The notes under the pieces: generated by a model | Seen by the model: only the letters and a program-made list of their open reading frames with translations | The model's database searches: none | Told to the model about the DNA's origin: nothing | Source of the DNA: Camelus ferus | Taxonomy: Eukaryota | Length of the DNA stretch: 64,000 bases | NCBI RefSeq assembly: GCF_009834535.1 | Contig: NC_045697.1 | Span: 36,086,001 to 36,150,000, forward strand | Direction of reading: 5' to 3' | Translations under genes and position numbers: made by a program | Shown: piece by piece, positions 12,301 to 24,760 of the stretch | How positions within the stretch are numbered: position 1 is the first letter of the stretch | How the letters are laid out: every line of letters begins with the position of its first letter

Positions 12301-14879
12301 AAGTTTTCATGTAGTTAAGTGTAAAAACCGTGGTGATACTGCATCATATTAAATAAGACAACTTTCATAGGTCAGTTATTATGTCATCCTATTAAATCAA
12401 CCCAAATCACCTTAGACAAAGGTGTCATGAAGTTCAGCTTTCAGAGTGACTGAAATACCATGCTTGAGGCTATTTCTTTAACAAGGTAGGCGCTGATTTT
12501 TGATGGGTTACACAATCTCCTATTATTGGGGCTGTCACCATGGGAAAAATCCAATCTCTCTCATATCATTTTGACTTTGGGCCCCTTTTCCAGAAATGAA
12601 ACCTGCCACAAGTTGGGGAAATGCCCACACAGCCACATACGCCGGAGATATTCACAAACCTTCCCAGTCCCCAGTGGGGCGGCACACAGGCTCCTAACAG
12701 TAATCACAGACCTGCTCTCAAAACCCATCTCTCATTGAGAGGGCTTCTGAACAGGTTGATTATTTTAATCTTGTTGAATTAATTCTACTGAACGACAAAC
12801 CTCCATGTATACCTTAAGTCCCCTTTCAAAGCACGTTGACATTTCTGGTAGTTCTGAATAGCTCGGCGTGGCTGCCTTGAGAGATGACCTGCAGCTGGCT
12901 GCTGGTTGTTTTCACCAGCTGTCAGGTGGCAGACTCCCCAGGAGCCAGCTGCGCCTCAGAGACCACAGTGACAGTGACTGCTGGGGAGCTCATTTTCCAA
13001 ACGAGGAGAAAATAAGGCTACCCTACACGCATGGAAAGGGCACCAGAGCTCGGTTGGGAGTTCAGAACAGCCAGCAGCTTTTCTGTTAATATCTGCTTGT
13101 TTCTTGTTTGTTCTCCTTGGGGCACTATAAATGTGGAAGCAGCAAAGGTAAGAAAACACAGGGTAGATATCAACTAATGGCGGGAAAAATTGGATCTGCT
13201 TACTTTATTTGTCTTTGAATTGAGAGAAGATGGCCATCATTTGATTTTCGCAGGGAATCATATCCCCCTGCACAGTTTTGAGAAGCAATGAACCAGTTCG
13301 GCATTTCAGAGAGAGACAAATGGAGGCCCAGATGCTCCTTCCAAGACGGGCTACAGGCTGATCCCACTTGTCTTCCGGGATGTGTGCCTGATGTCCCGCC
13401 AGCCCTGCACCTCGCTTCCCTCCGCACTCTGCGCCTCTGTTCTCCAGTGCAGCGATGTATGTGTGTTGGGGGGAGAGGGAGGTTCTACCTGATACAGCTG
13501 CAGCAGAGGCCCAGGGCTTCCCCAAGATCACATGGAAGGCTTCCTGGAGGGGCAGACCAAGAAGGAAGCTGTGAGGGACCACACCGAGCTGCGTTCTTTC
13601 TGCTCCTTTCTGAATCTTACCCCAGGTCCAGTCTTGCTGCTGGTTTTACAGAGAGTACCAAAGGTCTGTTGCCCATGAAGGATTCTTAAGCGATAAGATT
13701 GTACTTTATTTTAGAAATGGCAATAAAATTGAGAGTGTGGGAATAACATGGTGTGGTTTCTAGCTGCGATGGGCCCCTGGGCAATGCCTCCCTATCCAAG
13801 TTACAGTGAAAAAATCACTCAGGGTTTGGTTTGTCTACTAATTACACAAACCTGTACTACAGCTAATTGCTCATTTGTAGAAAAGGATGAAATTAGAAGT
13901 CCAAATCATGGCACATTTAAAAGCCTTTTAAATGACTGGCCCTCCCCTGCCTCTTGTTCTCACTGCCATTTAGAGGAGTTTAAAACAAAATCTAACCATC
14001 TTTTCCTTTCCATTACACCTCTTGGGCTCCAGCCTTGCGGAGCCTGCTCTCACGAGATCTGTGAGCGCGGAGGGACAGCCGTGCCTATTTGTATTTTGGG
14101 GGAAGGCTAGGCGGTTCATAATGCGGGATCATTTTCTGATCTATCTGAGAAAAAGGGAAGGATGAAAGGGAAGCTTATTGACCTAAAGTTTCTTTCATCC
14201 CTTTTGTTTCTTAAAAGAATAGAAGAGCAAATGGAGTTTATTTTTCTTCAAGTAGCAGACAGATCAAATGAGATCCCCAGCCCGCCCCTCCCCCAACACA
14301 CACAAAAATCACTCTCAGTCTCAATCCAAGGTGCCCCTGCACCTGTTGTTGTAAATCTCCATTGAACCAAGCCAGCATCGCTACGCCTGAAATTTAAGCC
14401 CCTGCTAAATGAGGCCTCTTATCTATCGCTTTTCTGTATTTTCTTTTGGAGGCAGCATGGATTAGCGTGTGGGTTAGCCGTGCCTGATTCGGAGATGGGA
14501 CGAAGTCCAGAGAGGTTTGCCAGTGGACCCTGGCATGGAGGGGAAGGGCGGAAATGCCTCCATGGCCCTCGTCTCTCTTGGAAGCAGGAGCAGCCTTGAG
14601 GGTGGACCCCAGAAGCAAATGCGGAGAAATCAGGAAAGCTTACAGGCAGAAGTCTGCCTCCTGCAACTCACAGCTCAGGTCCCAGTGAGGCGAGAGCTGG
14701 CAGAGGAAGAGGCAGAGAAGACAGATGTTCTCCCTGCCTCCCTGGCTGAGGATGGAGCCAGGCTTCCTGCTTGGTGGGGTGGGGGGTGGAGCGGGCTGCA
14801 GGCTGCGGCCTGTGGCCTTCCAGGCGCTTTCACCCGTCTGATGAGAAAAAAATTGATGTGTTTGATCTACCATTTACTT

Positions 14880-15092
14880 ATCAAAGAAGACGCCTGTGCT
14901 AGATTGTTAAGTGACAAGAGTAGGTTGCTGAATAGTAGATCTACACACACGCATATATATCCACACACATGTATACAGACTATATACACACACGTATACA
15001 CAACCACACACACATATATACATACACACATCTATGTATTTGTGTATACAAGTCCAGAATAACACATTGCAAACTGTTAACAGTCATTATTC
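14880..15092 (+). mobile_element. Old L1 (L1ME-like) 3' fragment with CA/TA low-complexity stretch
   Basis: attgttaagtgacaagagtaggttgctgaatagta...aaactgttaacagtcattat. Confidence 0.55.
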
Positions 15093-15100
15093 CTCTAGAA

Positions 15101-15315
15101 CATCACTGCCCAATAGAACTGTCTGCAGTGATGGAAATGTTCTACGTCTGTGTGGTCCAATATGGCAGCTGCCAGCTACATATGGATATTGAGCACCTGA
15201 AATATGGGTAGTGTGACTGGGGGAGTCTCAGTTCTAAATTGCATGTAATTTTAATTAATTGAATTGCCACATGAGGCTAGCAGTTACCATATTATTGTAC
15301 AGTAATTGCACACAG
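15101..15315 (+). mobile_element. MER3 (hAT-Charlie) non-autonomous DNA transposon
   Basis: ccaatagaactgtctgcagtgatggaaatgttcta...; perfect 8-bp TSD CTCTAGAA at 15093-15100 and 15316-15323. Confidence 0.9.
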
Positions 15316-15443
15316 CTCTAGAATGTAAGCCCGGCGAAGACAAAGACCTTTGCTTTAATTACTGATGTATTTGAACCTCCTAAGATAATGTTTGTCCCTG
15401 ACACATGGCAGGCGCTCAGTAAATAGCTGTTGAATGAAATAAA
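15316..15443 (+). mobile_element. L2 3' end
   Basis: ctagaatgtaagc...cctgacacatggcaggcgctcagtaaatagctgttgaatgaa. Confidence 0.8.
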
Positions 15444-17019
15444 CAACTGCTTGTCAAAGGTTGTTGTCTAGGGAATTACGGGAGACTTCTACATTCTGGT
15501 TTATGTAATTTTGTCATTTTGATTTTTTAGTACGCATATATTTTAGGCTTTAAAATAGCAAAGCAAGAAAGCTATTCTAATCCTGAAGTGCAATACACAC
15601 CAAACTCGTCCTTTTCTTTTTCTTAGCTGCCCAAAGTACCACTCTCTTTGGCTGGTGGGGGAGCCTGGCCCCTGGGTAGCAGTGTATTTATTCCTGGCTA
15701 GCTGCACCAATTTTCCCCAAATGAACATTACTGGATGCCACAGTCCCACCTGCCTAACCTCACTCCCTTGTTCCTGATTCATGGCAGAATCATACACTCA
15801 ATTTCATTTTTCTCCTTTCAGCATTTCTATCTCCCTGAATGAGGTCAACAGCAGAGTCTATATCCTAGTGGGGAAGAAAACCTGACAGAAAAGACTGTCT
15901 CTGCTATTAAATGTGGGGTCAGGCATGCTTTTCTCTGTTATTTACAGGGTCAGCCAGGGTCCTGATTCACACAACTTTTCCAGGTCAACGAGAGTCTCAG
16001 CATAAGACCTTAAGATACCTCTTCTCCTCCCCTGGACTGTCCAGTCTGTCTCCTTTCAGTCTGAGTCCTGCCAACACCCACTCAGTTCCCTCTATGAGCC
16101 TCAAAGAATGTCACTGCCCGGCTTCCGACGACAGGCTGGCCCCTCCAGCTCACGTCCTATCCGATCCTCTTCACAGTCTGACTCTAGAAGCTGACTCAAG
16201 GCCACTCCGCTCTGCCTCCTTCAGATGCTGGTCTGCCAGGTCCCTGCTTCCTGAACCTCAGCTGTTCACCTGTCACCTTCACTCCTGCCACTTCCAGGTA
16301 CTGCCTGTTCCATGATGTACTCAGTCTTCTCCCTAAGTTAGCTAGAAATCAACTCATTTATTAGTTCTATGTAAGCTGATCGGATGTACGAATATTGGCT
16401 TATTTTAACATGCATCAGAAAAAAAACCCAGCTGAAAATAGAAAATATTCATTGGCACTCTCCGAACTCCTCTCGCAGACCACTCTTTGGACTGGCGTGT
16501 GCTGGGGGGTGTGAGACGGATGCTCTTCTCCTGCAGTGCCAGGAGCATGGATATTTCCTAGGATGCTCATCTGCTACACAGAGGCAGGGTCCTCTCTCCC
16601 TCTGTCCCCGCGACAGTGCCGGCACTGAGCGCGGCATGCGGCAAACTGAGAATCAGCCAACTGTAACCAGGTGGTTCCAGGGTGCTGGGAACTGTGCTGA
16701 TGACAGCCCCACAGAGCAGGTGCTGATAAGCTCATTTTTCAGATGACAGCATGGAAGCGGTGATGTCTTGAGGAAGGCTGTTTAATGAATAACCATCTCC
16801 TTTAAAAGGGAAACAGCCTTGCAGCCTCAGGAGACCAGGGAAGCAGATGCCTCTGTTGCAGGACCGTCCTGCTCTCCCAGGCCTTCTTCATGACCATGCC
16901 ACCCCAAAATCTGCCTTTAGTCAGACCTACTTTGTACCAGACTAGCCCCCTGAAGGCCATCTCCTTGCTACGTAGCTATGCTTAGGCCCCGCCTCCCCTT
17001 CCAACTTGCCCCCGGGGTT

Positions 17020-17190
17020 CCAGCCACTCCAGCCTTCTCTTGTTCCCCAGTAGATCTCAAGCTCAGGCTCTTTGCACTTTTCTCCCCTCTCGTTGTTCTG
17101 GTTGTAGCCATATATTAGGTCTCAGCTGGACCATCATCTCCTCCAAGAGGCCTTTTCTGATCACCCCATCTCAGTCAGGTTGCCGTGCTC
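17020..17190 (+). mobile_element. L2 fragment
   Basis: ccagccactccagccttc...ggctctttgcact...catctcctccaagaggccttttctgatcacc. Confidence 0.6.
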
Positions 17191-17289
17191 TTAAGGCACT
17201 TTATCGACATTTATAAATACATATAAATGCATTTCCTTCTTTGTTTTTTCTCCCTCCCTCCCCTATCTCTTTCCTCCCTTCTGATCTGT

Positions 17290-17745
17290 AATCACATATT
17301 TATTGAGTGCTAACCACCTGCGAGGCACTGAAGAAATTGACTGCTCTCATGAAGCCTACACTTCAATGGAGGGAAGCAGACAACATGTAAATAAATATGC
17401 AAATAAACAAGTCATAACATGTCCCTAGTGATAAGTGCTCAGAAGAAAGAGGCAGGAGCTATTTTAGACACGGTAAAGAAAGGCTTCTTGGAGGAGGTGC
17501 ATTTTAGCAGAGACCTTTCTGAAGTAAGCAGGCAAGCACGGTGGATACCTGGGAAAAGGCTTTCTGGGCATAAGGGCAGTATGTGCAAAGTCCCTGAGGC
17601 AGAAAAGGCTGAGGGGGTTTCAGGGGAGCAAGGAGACTGAGCGGCCCAAGTGGAGGAGCAAGGGGAGAGAGGAGGCAAAGGAAGTCAGAGGAAGGAAAAG
17701 TCAGAAGGACAGGCAGAGCGGATCATGTGGGGCCTTCCCCACGGC
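17290..17745 (-). mobile_element. L2 fragment
   Basis: atatttattgagtgc...gaaaggcttcttggaggaggtgcattttagcagagac...atgtgcaaagtccctgaggcag. Confidence 0.8.
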
Positions 17746-18347
17746 AGACAGGGGAAGAAACGCACACGGATGAAGAAAACTAGAAAGGAAGGTATAGCTA
17801 TAAGGCCGGATACCTTCTTGTGCTGATGAGTGGGTTTTAATGGAATGTGTAGGCCTGGGAGAGAAGCAGGCCATCTGGAAGGGTCTCCTGGCTGGAGCAC
17901 AAGTGCTTTGACTTCACATGCCCAAGCATTTTCACTGTCTCCCCATCCTTTCCTGACAGCGGGAACACAGAAAACTTAGTGGGGCAAAAAAAAACCACAA
18001 CCAGTGACACAAACTGCCAAACTGCCACGGGAGGAAACTGGCACGTTGGCGCAGCCCCACCGCCACCAGCCTTTGCCGTGAGAGCACAATGTCGTCGTGC
18101 CCGAGTCACCCACAGAGGGTGCGGAGAGAAGGGGAGCCCGGGAAGCCGAGATTGGCATCGCAGCTGGAATGTGTAGGAGAGGCAGTCAGCAAAGGGAAAA
18201 TGAAAACCCTTAGTCAGGGAGGTCGTGAGCTGGTGTTGACCTGAAAATTCAAGGCTGCCTAAGGTAGCTCTGACAGAAGGACATTCTCTTATTCTGAGAA
18301 AGGAAACAAGGACTAGGCTGGATTTAAATTTCACAAGGGTAGAAACT

Positions 18348-18450
18348 GATTCACTCAACAAATATTTACTGAGTATCTGATGTGCGGCACTGTTCTAAGC
18401 CTGGGATACGACAGCAGACAGAACGTAAACATCCCTGCCTGTGTCAGACC
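18348..18450 (-). mobile_element. L2 3' end
   Basis: attcactcaacaaatatttactgagtatctg...ggcactgttctaag. Confidence 0.75.
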
Positions 18451-18481
18451 TCCTTGGTATTTTCCCACTTTGCCTAAAAAC

Positions 18482-18650
18482 GATGGTAACAGTTAACATT
18501 TATCAAACGATTACTATGTGCCAAGTACTATTCGAAGGATTTCATATGTATTAATTCATTTAATCCTCAGAACTATCCTGTGAGGTAGATGCTATCATCA
18601 TCCTTGTTTCACAGATGAGAACAAGGCAGAGAGGCTGAGTAACTTGTCCC
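18482..18650 (-). mobile_element. MIR SINE
   Basis: actatgtgccaagtact...tcatttaatcctcagaactatcctgtgaggtag...acagatgag...gagtaacttgtcc. Confidence 0.85.
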
Positions 18651-18670
18651 TTCTAAAAATGGTAAAAAGA

Positions 18671-18722
18671 AATAATAATAATAATAATGATGATGATGAT
18701 AATAATAATAATGATAATGATA

Positions 18723-18772
<50 letters not shown>

Positions 18773-18780
18773 TAAATAAA
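18671..18780. repeat. Compound (AAT)n/(GAT)n microsatellite
   Basis: aataataat...gatgatgat...aataataat over about 110 bp. Confidence 0.95.
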
Positions 18781-20679
18781 ACAATGGTGTGAGAATAATT
18801 CAACAATTCAAGATGGTGTGCCTAACCCAAGAAAGCACGGGGCAGACTTCAGCTTCACTGGCCTTAGAAATTAGAGCAGGCCTATGGCACTCTCAAATCT
18901 CATCTTAAAGTGTTAATCACTTTTTTTTTAGTCCCTGTAGAAGATGGGCATTGGGTTTTTCCATGATGGAAACCAAAACCCAGCATAGCAGGGCTGACAA
19001 ATAGAGACCGTGACTCACATCGCAATGTCTCTATAGGATCTATCTCGACTTCCCTGTCCTTTCTAAACTGTCCAGGATGCTGAAACTAGAACCACAAGGG
19101 AGGGGTGAATTCAAACACATGGTACACTGTTATTTTTAGCCCACTGAGAACATTCTATTTACCAAACAACATAATGAAATGAGAGCCGAATAATAAAAGC
19201 TTCAGGAGGTCAAAATGTCAATGGTGTAGATAATTATTCAGCAGATAAGTCTTTAGAAATTGACAAGGATAATATGTGCTAAAAATATTCTCAATGAATT
19301 TTATGGAAGGACAGATACCACTTGTAATTTGAAACACATTCTGTCTCTTTTAGTTATGTCTAGATTAATATAATCAAGCATAAGACCTCACAACGCTTAT
19401 TTATGTCAACTGAGACTAAGACTGAGGATTCTTTTATTTCTTTATTCATCCAAATGACATATTATCTCATTTAAAAAATTTCTGTGCTGCAACAATGTTA
19501 TAGAATTCATCACCCAGAAGGTCAGTGGTTGGGAAGGACACTGAAAATGATACTGCTTTATAACAACAAGGTCTTGAAAATGTTTAGCTCCCACTCATGC
19601 CCCAAATGTCTGGGGTTTAAGAGTAGAACCTTGACAAATAGGGTTAAGCACTAAAGGAAGAGACTAGCAGGCAAAAAAGAATATCAAGCTACATTATTCC
19701 AACCTTTCAGAATCCATGCCAGAGAACCATGCAACCCTATAAAGAAAGAGATGTCATGACCCTTCTATAAAAGAAAGTCGAATTGCCTATATCTGTCATC
19801 CTAATGATACATTTATCATCCAAACTTTGCTCTCAGTGACATAATTGGCTGGCCTCTCTTCTCATGTGTCTTAACTGACGTCATAGATGAGCTATTTCAA
19901 CTGCCCAGTCTGGTTTTAAGTACATTTCAGTTGATTAGCTGGATGCTGTCATCTAACACTTGAACAGACACATCTCTCAGAGCAGAGCTGCAGGCAGGCT
20001 TGGTGACATCCAGGTCGATGGTGTCCTCCTGTCGATGTCCCTTCCGCAGTTGCTCAATGTCTTTGAGCCCCCCCCCCACCCAAAGTAATCAAACCTTGCA
20101 TCCACCCTAGCTGCAGATACTTCTTGACTCCTCCTCCTCCCTCCTGAATTCCACTCCCTCAAGGCCTTGTTTATTCCTGTCAACTGGCTAATTTCATAGA
20201 GGAATCATAGAACATTGGAGCTGAAAGGGCCTGTGGAGGCCGTGCAGGGCTCTCACATTACAGAACAACTCCTTTCTGTTTAGTGAAGGTCTCTTTGCAA
20301 AGGGTCAGTGCCTAATCAAAAGGGACTTGTTTTCCTAAAGAAATTTCCAGGCATCAGTTTACACCAGTAGGGATATTTTCTAGAAGCCACTGTCTACCTC
20401 ACCTCTCATCATATAATGGTCAACCCTTTCCCCGCTAGAATCTAGCATAAAGCAGGTTGCCATGGTAGCCACCTAGTCTGTCTTCAAATTGGGCTCTGGA
20501 GGAAGTCCTAACTTCAGGCTATAACAAGGCGTAGTTACAATGAAGCTAAACATGAGTATGGGCAGACAAAGGGCTCCTCTGTGTGTGTGTGTAGGAATTT
20601 ATTAATATGACATTTCTTAAAAGGCATCAAATACTAAACTTAATTAAATCAAAATCTAGTTTTTTTCCCCCCTTCACCA

Positions 20680-21340
20680 TTAATTGCAAGCATTTTAAAG
20701 CTTGCTAATATCAAGCATGGTGGAAATGTAAAGAGTTGGTGGAAATACAGACTCGTAAAGTCATTTTGAAGGGCAACAGAGTGGCACCTACTAAAGTTAC
20801 CGATACGCAGGCCCTTTGCCCCAGCAACTCGACTTTTAGGCATCTACCCTAGGAAAAATGTAACTTGGTACAAGGAAGCATGCACAAAGGTGGTCACTAT
20901 GCGTGGGCTTGTGATTGAGAATAATAAGAAACAATTACTTAATATGTGCATCAATGGATAATGATTAAATTAATAACACAGGCTATGCAGCCATTAAAAA
21001 TAGAATGGGGTAGATCTATATGTGGTCACTCAAAAGAACCCTAAGGCATGTTAAGGGGAAAAAGCAAGTCGCAAAATAATATATAGACTACGATATCATA
21101 TCTACTTTAAGAAGCCCTGTATACTTCTAGGTATACCTTTGCACAGTGCATTTGGATGAGCATACTTGGAAAAGAATGTGGAAGACTACTTCCAAACTGA
21201 TGACTGGGGTTACTTACAGAAAGAGGAGTGGAGTTAGAAAAGGGGGGACATCACAAGGAACTTGTGTTTTTACCTGTATTGGTTAAATTTTGTTCAATGA
21301 AACTATATTCATATATTGTAAGTGTTATAATTGAATTTGA
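20680..21340 (+). mobile_element. Old L1 (L1ME-like) ORF2 end and 3' UTR
   Basis: ccctttgccccagcaactcgacttttaggcatctaccctag...tatgcagccattaaaaa...gtagatctatatgt...aaaaagcaagtcgcaaaataat. Confidence 0.8.
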
Positions 21341-21952
21341 TTTTATAGTTAATGTACCTTTCTTTAGGGAACTGAAGACCTAGCCTCCAAAATCCAGTTG
21401 CCTCCTTATTTCTATAGCTCGAGCCTCCACTTAAGATTCTCTTCCCCCAAATCCTCTTCCCCCAGCACATACATTTGGAACTTAGGCAAAACCATCCCAA
21501 ATCCTTGTCATGGAAATAAAACATGAGGATGTAACACTGACCTTTTCATAAATGTTTCTTTTTTTCATCAGTTCTTAGTGGTAATCCATGGGAAAATGAG
21601 ATGTGTTTCTGCTAAAGTCAAGGGCAAAAACCCCTCAAATCCAAAAAACACTGCCACTAATAAACAAAACCAAAGGGACAGAATTCCTTATCGACACAAA
21701 GTTACAGCTTCCACTAGAACATGGCTTCTGTTATCAGATATTTCTGGGCATACCTTCCAAGAAATGAAAAACTGCATTAAATTTCAAGTGGAACGATTCT
21801 TTTACTGACTTTAACTCTTTTTCTTTCTTCAATCTTCTACTTATAGAAGAACTCATGAGAATTGTCATCCTCTTTTCTCTTTTTTCAAGAGGGAAAAATG
21901 AGTTTGGGATTTTTGCATCAAGCATTTTTTGTCTTGTTTTTTTCTTATTCTT

Positions 21953-22092
21953 TTGTTTTGTTTTTTTTTGGGGGGGGGGAGAAGGTAATTAGGTTGGTTG
22001 GTTGGTTTGTTTAATGGAGGTACTGGGGATTAAACCCAGGACCTTGTGCATGCTAAGCCTATACTCTATCACTGAGCTATGTCTCCCCACTC
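21953..22092 (-). mobile_element. tRNA-Ala-derived SINE, long-tail form
   Basis: T-run, gggggggggagaaggtaattagg, (ttgg)n, tggaggtactggggattaaacccaggacc...; flanking ttattctt direct repeat. Confidence 0.9.
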
Positions 22093-23651
22093 CATTATTC
22101 TTAAATTAACTGGATTTTAAAAGCAAATGCCTCATCCTTTTAAATCATCTTCTAGATCTTATAGTTTAAGGAGAAAATAAAAGCCTGTCAATTTTGAATG
22201 ATTATTTATAGTGGGAAAATGGAATGTATTACTTGTAAGAAGTTTGGAATAAGATGCTTGCTTGAATCAAAAGCAATGAAAATGATCATAGATGTTAATA
22301 CAAAAGTTTTTTCTTGGAGTGGGACTTGGGGATCTGTACTTTTACTGCCATCGTTGGTTCTGATGGCCAGCCAGGTATGTTTTCCTTCTTGGTATAAAAT
22401 TTATCTGCAAATAAATCATTATCACCCATGGAAAAATTCCAAAAATATCCTCAGAATCTCATAGAAAAATATTTAAAATTTTTCATTTAAAAAATAAATA
22501 TATTCCATCAAATACTTTTAGAAGGTTAGGGAATGCCGTGTTTCAAAATTACCAAGGGCTGGAGTACTTCAACTCCAAAAAGGCTGGGAACATCTGTCTC
22601 CTAAAAAATGTTTGATGAATAAACCTCAAATTCAGTATTCTTTCTTGAACAAAGAAGAAGGAGTATTACAGTTCTCATGATAATTGGAGCTACAAATGAC
22701 GCACCATGACATGACCATGATTAAAGTCATGAGCCATCACTACAGTTTTTACCCCCCCACTCAGAAATATTACATATGTTTCTGCAGTTGAACATAATAC
22801 AGATACTTATTTTCTTGAAAATCTTAAGAGTTAAAAGAAATAGGCTCTCATCCTTTAGAAGTCCCCCACTTAATAGTATTGGAGCCTTCCGAAGAAAGGA
22901 TGAGTGTAATAATAACTCTTTAGAATGCAGGGATTGTTTTTCTTTGATTCAGGTATTTATGGTAGGAAAACTGGGAGGAACAGGAAAGTACTCATCAGAG
23001 GAGAAGGGTAATAATCTTTGGAATGAAATTGGCTGGGACATGTCAAGCTCAGCAGGCTTGAAGACACTATTCTTGTTTTCCCATTATTCTATGTTGACTC
23101 TCTCGTCTTGCTGGCGGTTTCCAGCCTGTGAAGACTGCTCCCCGTGGCCAGGCGTCTGTGAGTGTTCTCGTGCAGCCATCACGGGAATCCAGCTGTGAGC
23201 GCTGAGCTGGCCTTTGCACTGTTCTTACATGCTCTTTTCTCCCTAATTACATATATTTGATCACTCAGCTGGAAAAAAATCTTGGCAAACTGCACTACAA
23301 TAATCATTTCCCACCTTGGCTCCCCGTGGAGAAAAATATCAGTTGTAATGCACCCAAAGTTCAGCCAAAGATGGCCATTTGGAAAGAGCTGTCCATTCAC
23401 AGGGAAATTGCCAGACAGAAGCCAAGCATCCTTTCCTTATTCTGAGTGAGCTCTGGCCTTCATGCACCTGTGGCAGATCAAACTTAAGTTCCATTAGGGG
23501 TTAAGACTGTAAACACACCAATTCTCTCCAAATTAATCTATTAACTCGGTATACTTTCAATGCAAATCACAAAAGTGAGAAGTGTGTGTGAAGTTTAACA
23601 ATTTGATTTTAAAACTTCTTTGGGGAGTAAAGGGTTAAGAATAACCAAGGA

Positions 23652-23762
23652 TGAAAAAAATACAAAAATGAATATATGTATGTATATACACGACCAGGAC
23701 ATTATGCTGTACACCAGAAATTGACACATTATAATTGACTGTAATTCAATTAAAAAAAAAAC
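23652..23762 (+). mobile_element. Young, extremely 5'-truncated L1 3' end
   Basis: tatgctgtacaccagaaattgacacattataattgactgtaattcaat plus poly-A; perfect 12-bp TSD AATAACCAAGGA at 23640-23651 and 23763-23774. Confidence 0.9.
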
Positions 23763-23774
23763 AATAACCAAGGA

Positions 23775-24345
23775 AAAGTTGAAGCTGGACAAGGCTCATT
23801 ATACAGATCTAGTAATTCAGATGGTGTGGTACTGGCACAGAGATAGACAGAGTAGTGAAACAGAGCTCACTAACAGTTTCACACATATGTAGAAACTTGA
23901 TATGCAACCAAGATGATGCTGAAATTCAGTGGGGAGAGGATGAATTACTCAACAAGTGGTGTTTGGGCATAATCAATATGAAACTTGATCCCTATATTAT
24001 ATGGGGAAAAATCCAGAGATATTAAAGGCCCCATGTGAAAAAATTAAATATGAAAAAACCCAAATTTTAAAATTTTTAGGAAAAAAAAGAAAGATACCAT
24101 AAACAAAGTGGAAGATAAGCCTTAAGCTAGTTACATTTGTAACATAGAAAATCAATAAAGGACTAGAAAGACAAATGAAGAAATCAATAAGAAAATCAAT
24201 AGAAAAAAGAAAAAAACCAAGAAAAAAATAAGCCAAGAATATGAAGACTTGTATCACAGAAATAATCATGAGAACAGTGAAAAACGTGCCCAAAGATGCA
24301 ACTTGACACGTAGACAGGGAAATGAGAATGACACAGATATAAAAG
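23775..24345 (+). mobile_element. Old L1 ORF2 remnant
   Basis: tatacagatctagtaattcagatggtgtggtactggcacagagatagacag = YTDLVIQMVWYWHRDRQ, resembling the L1 ORF2 YYKATVIKTxWYW motif; A-rich. Confidence 0.75.
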
Positions 24346-24599
24346 CCCGATATGACTGAGGTCCATCAGGGATCCGGCAGAGGCAGGAAGCCTCAGGTGA
24401 GAGAGGGCAGGCTGTAAATAAGACAAAGAGATGAAGGCTCTGAGTGCCCAGAACACAGCAGGTGCTCTGTAGATGTGCACTTTGCCCTCTTCTATCTCAC
24501 CGGAGAGTGGTTCTGCATCAGCAGACCTGCTGCTCCCCTCATGCTCTCACAAGGCCTAGCATCCCTAAAAGACCGGGAAGTCACGGCTGAGGCAGCTGC

Positions 24600-24760
24600 G
24601 GTGTTGCAAAAGAAACTAGAGATTTTGAGTCAGAGGACCTGGACGTACTGCGGGCCTTTGGGCAGATGCTTTACCTCTGAGTCTCACTTTCCTCTTCTGT
24701 AAAGAAAAACTACAATGACCTCAGTGTGATCTTGAAGATGCTAATGAGCCAGTGAAAGTA
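24600..24760 (+). mobile_element. MIR fragment
   Basis: tttgagtcagaggacctgg...ttgggcagatgctttacctctgagtctcactttcctcttctgtaaag. Confidence 0.65.

Noticed and set aside
14517..15062. 181-aa ORF
   Set aside because: Non-ATG start; runs into an L1 fragment and CA/TA low-complexity sequence (HTHIY...); no known domain
18020..18170. CpG island or promoter
   Set aside because: The CpG-richer patch is short and weak; similar patches near 30.5, 51 and 62.6 kb also appear below island level by eye
18609..18806. Poly-Leu/His/Tyr ORF
   Set aside because: Simply the translation of the AAT/GAT microsatellite
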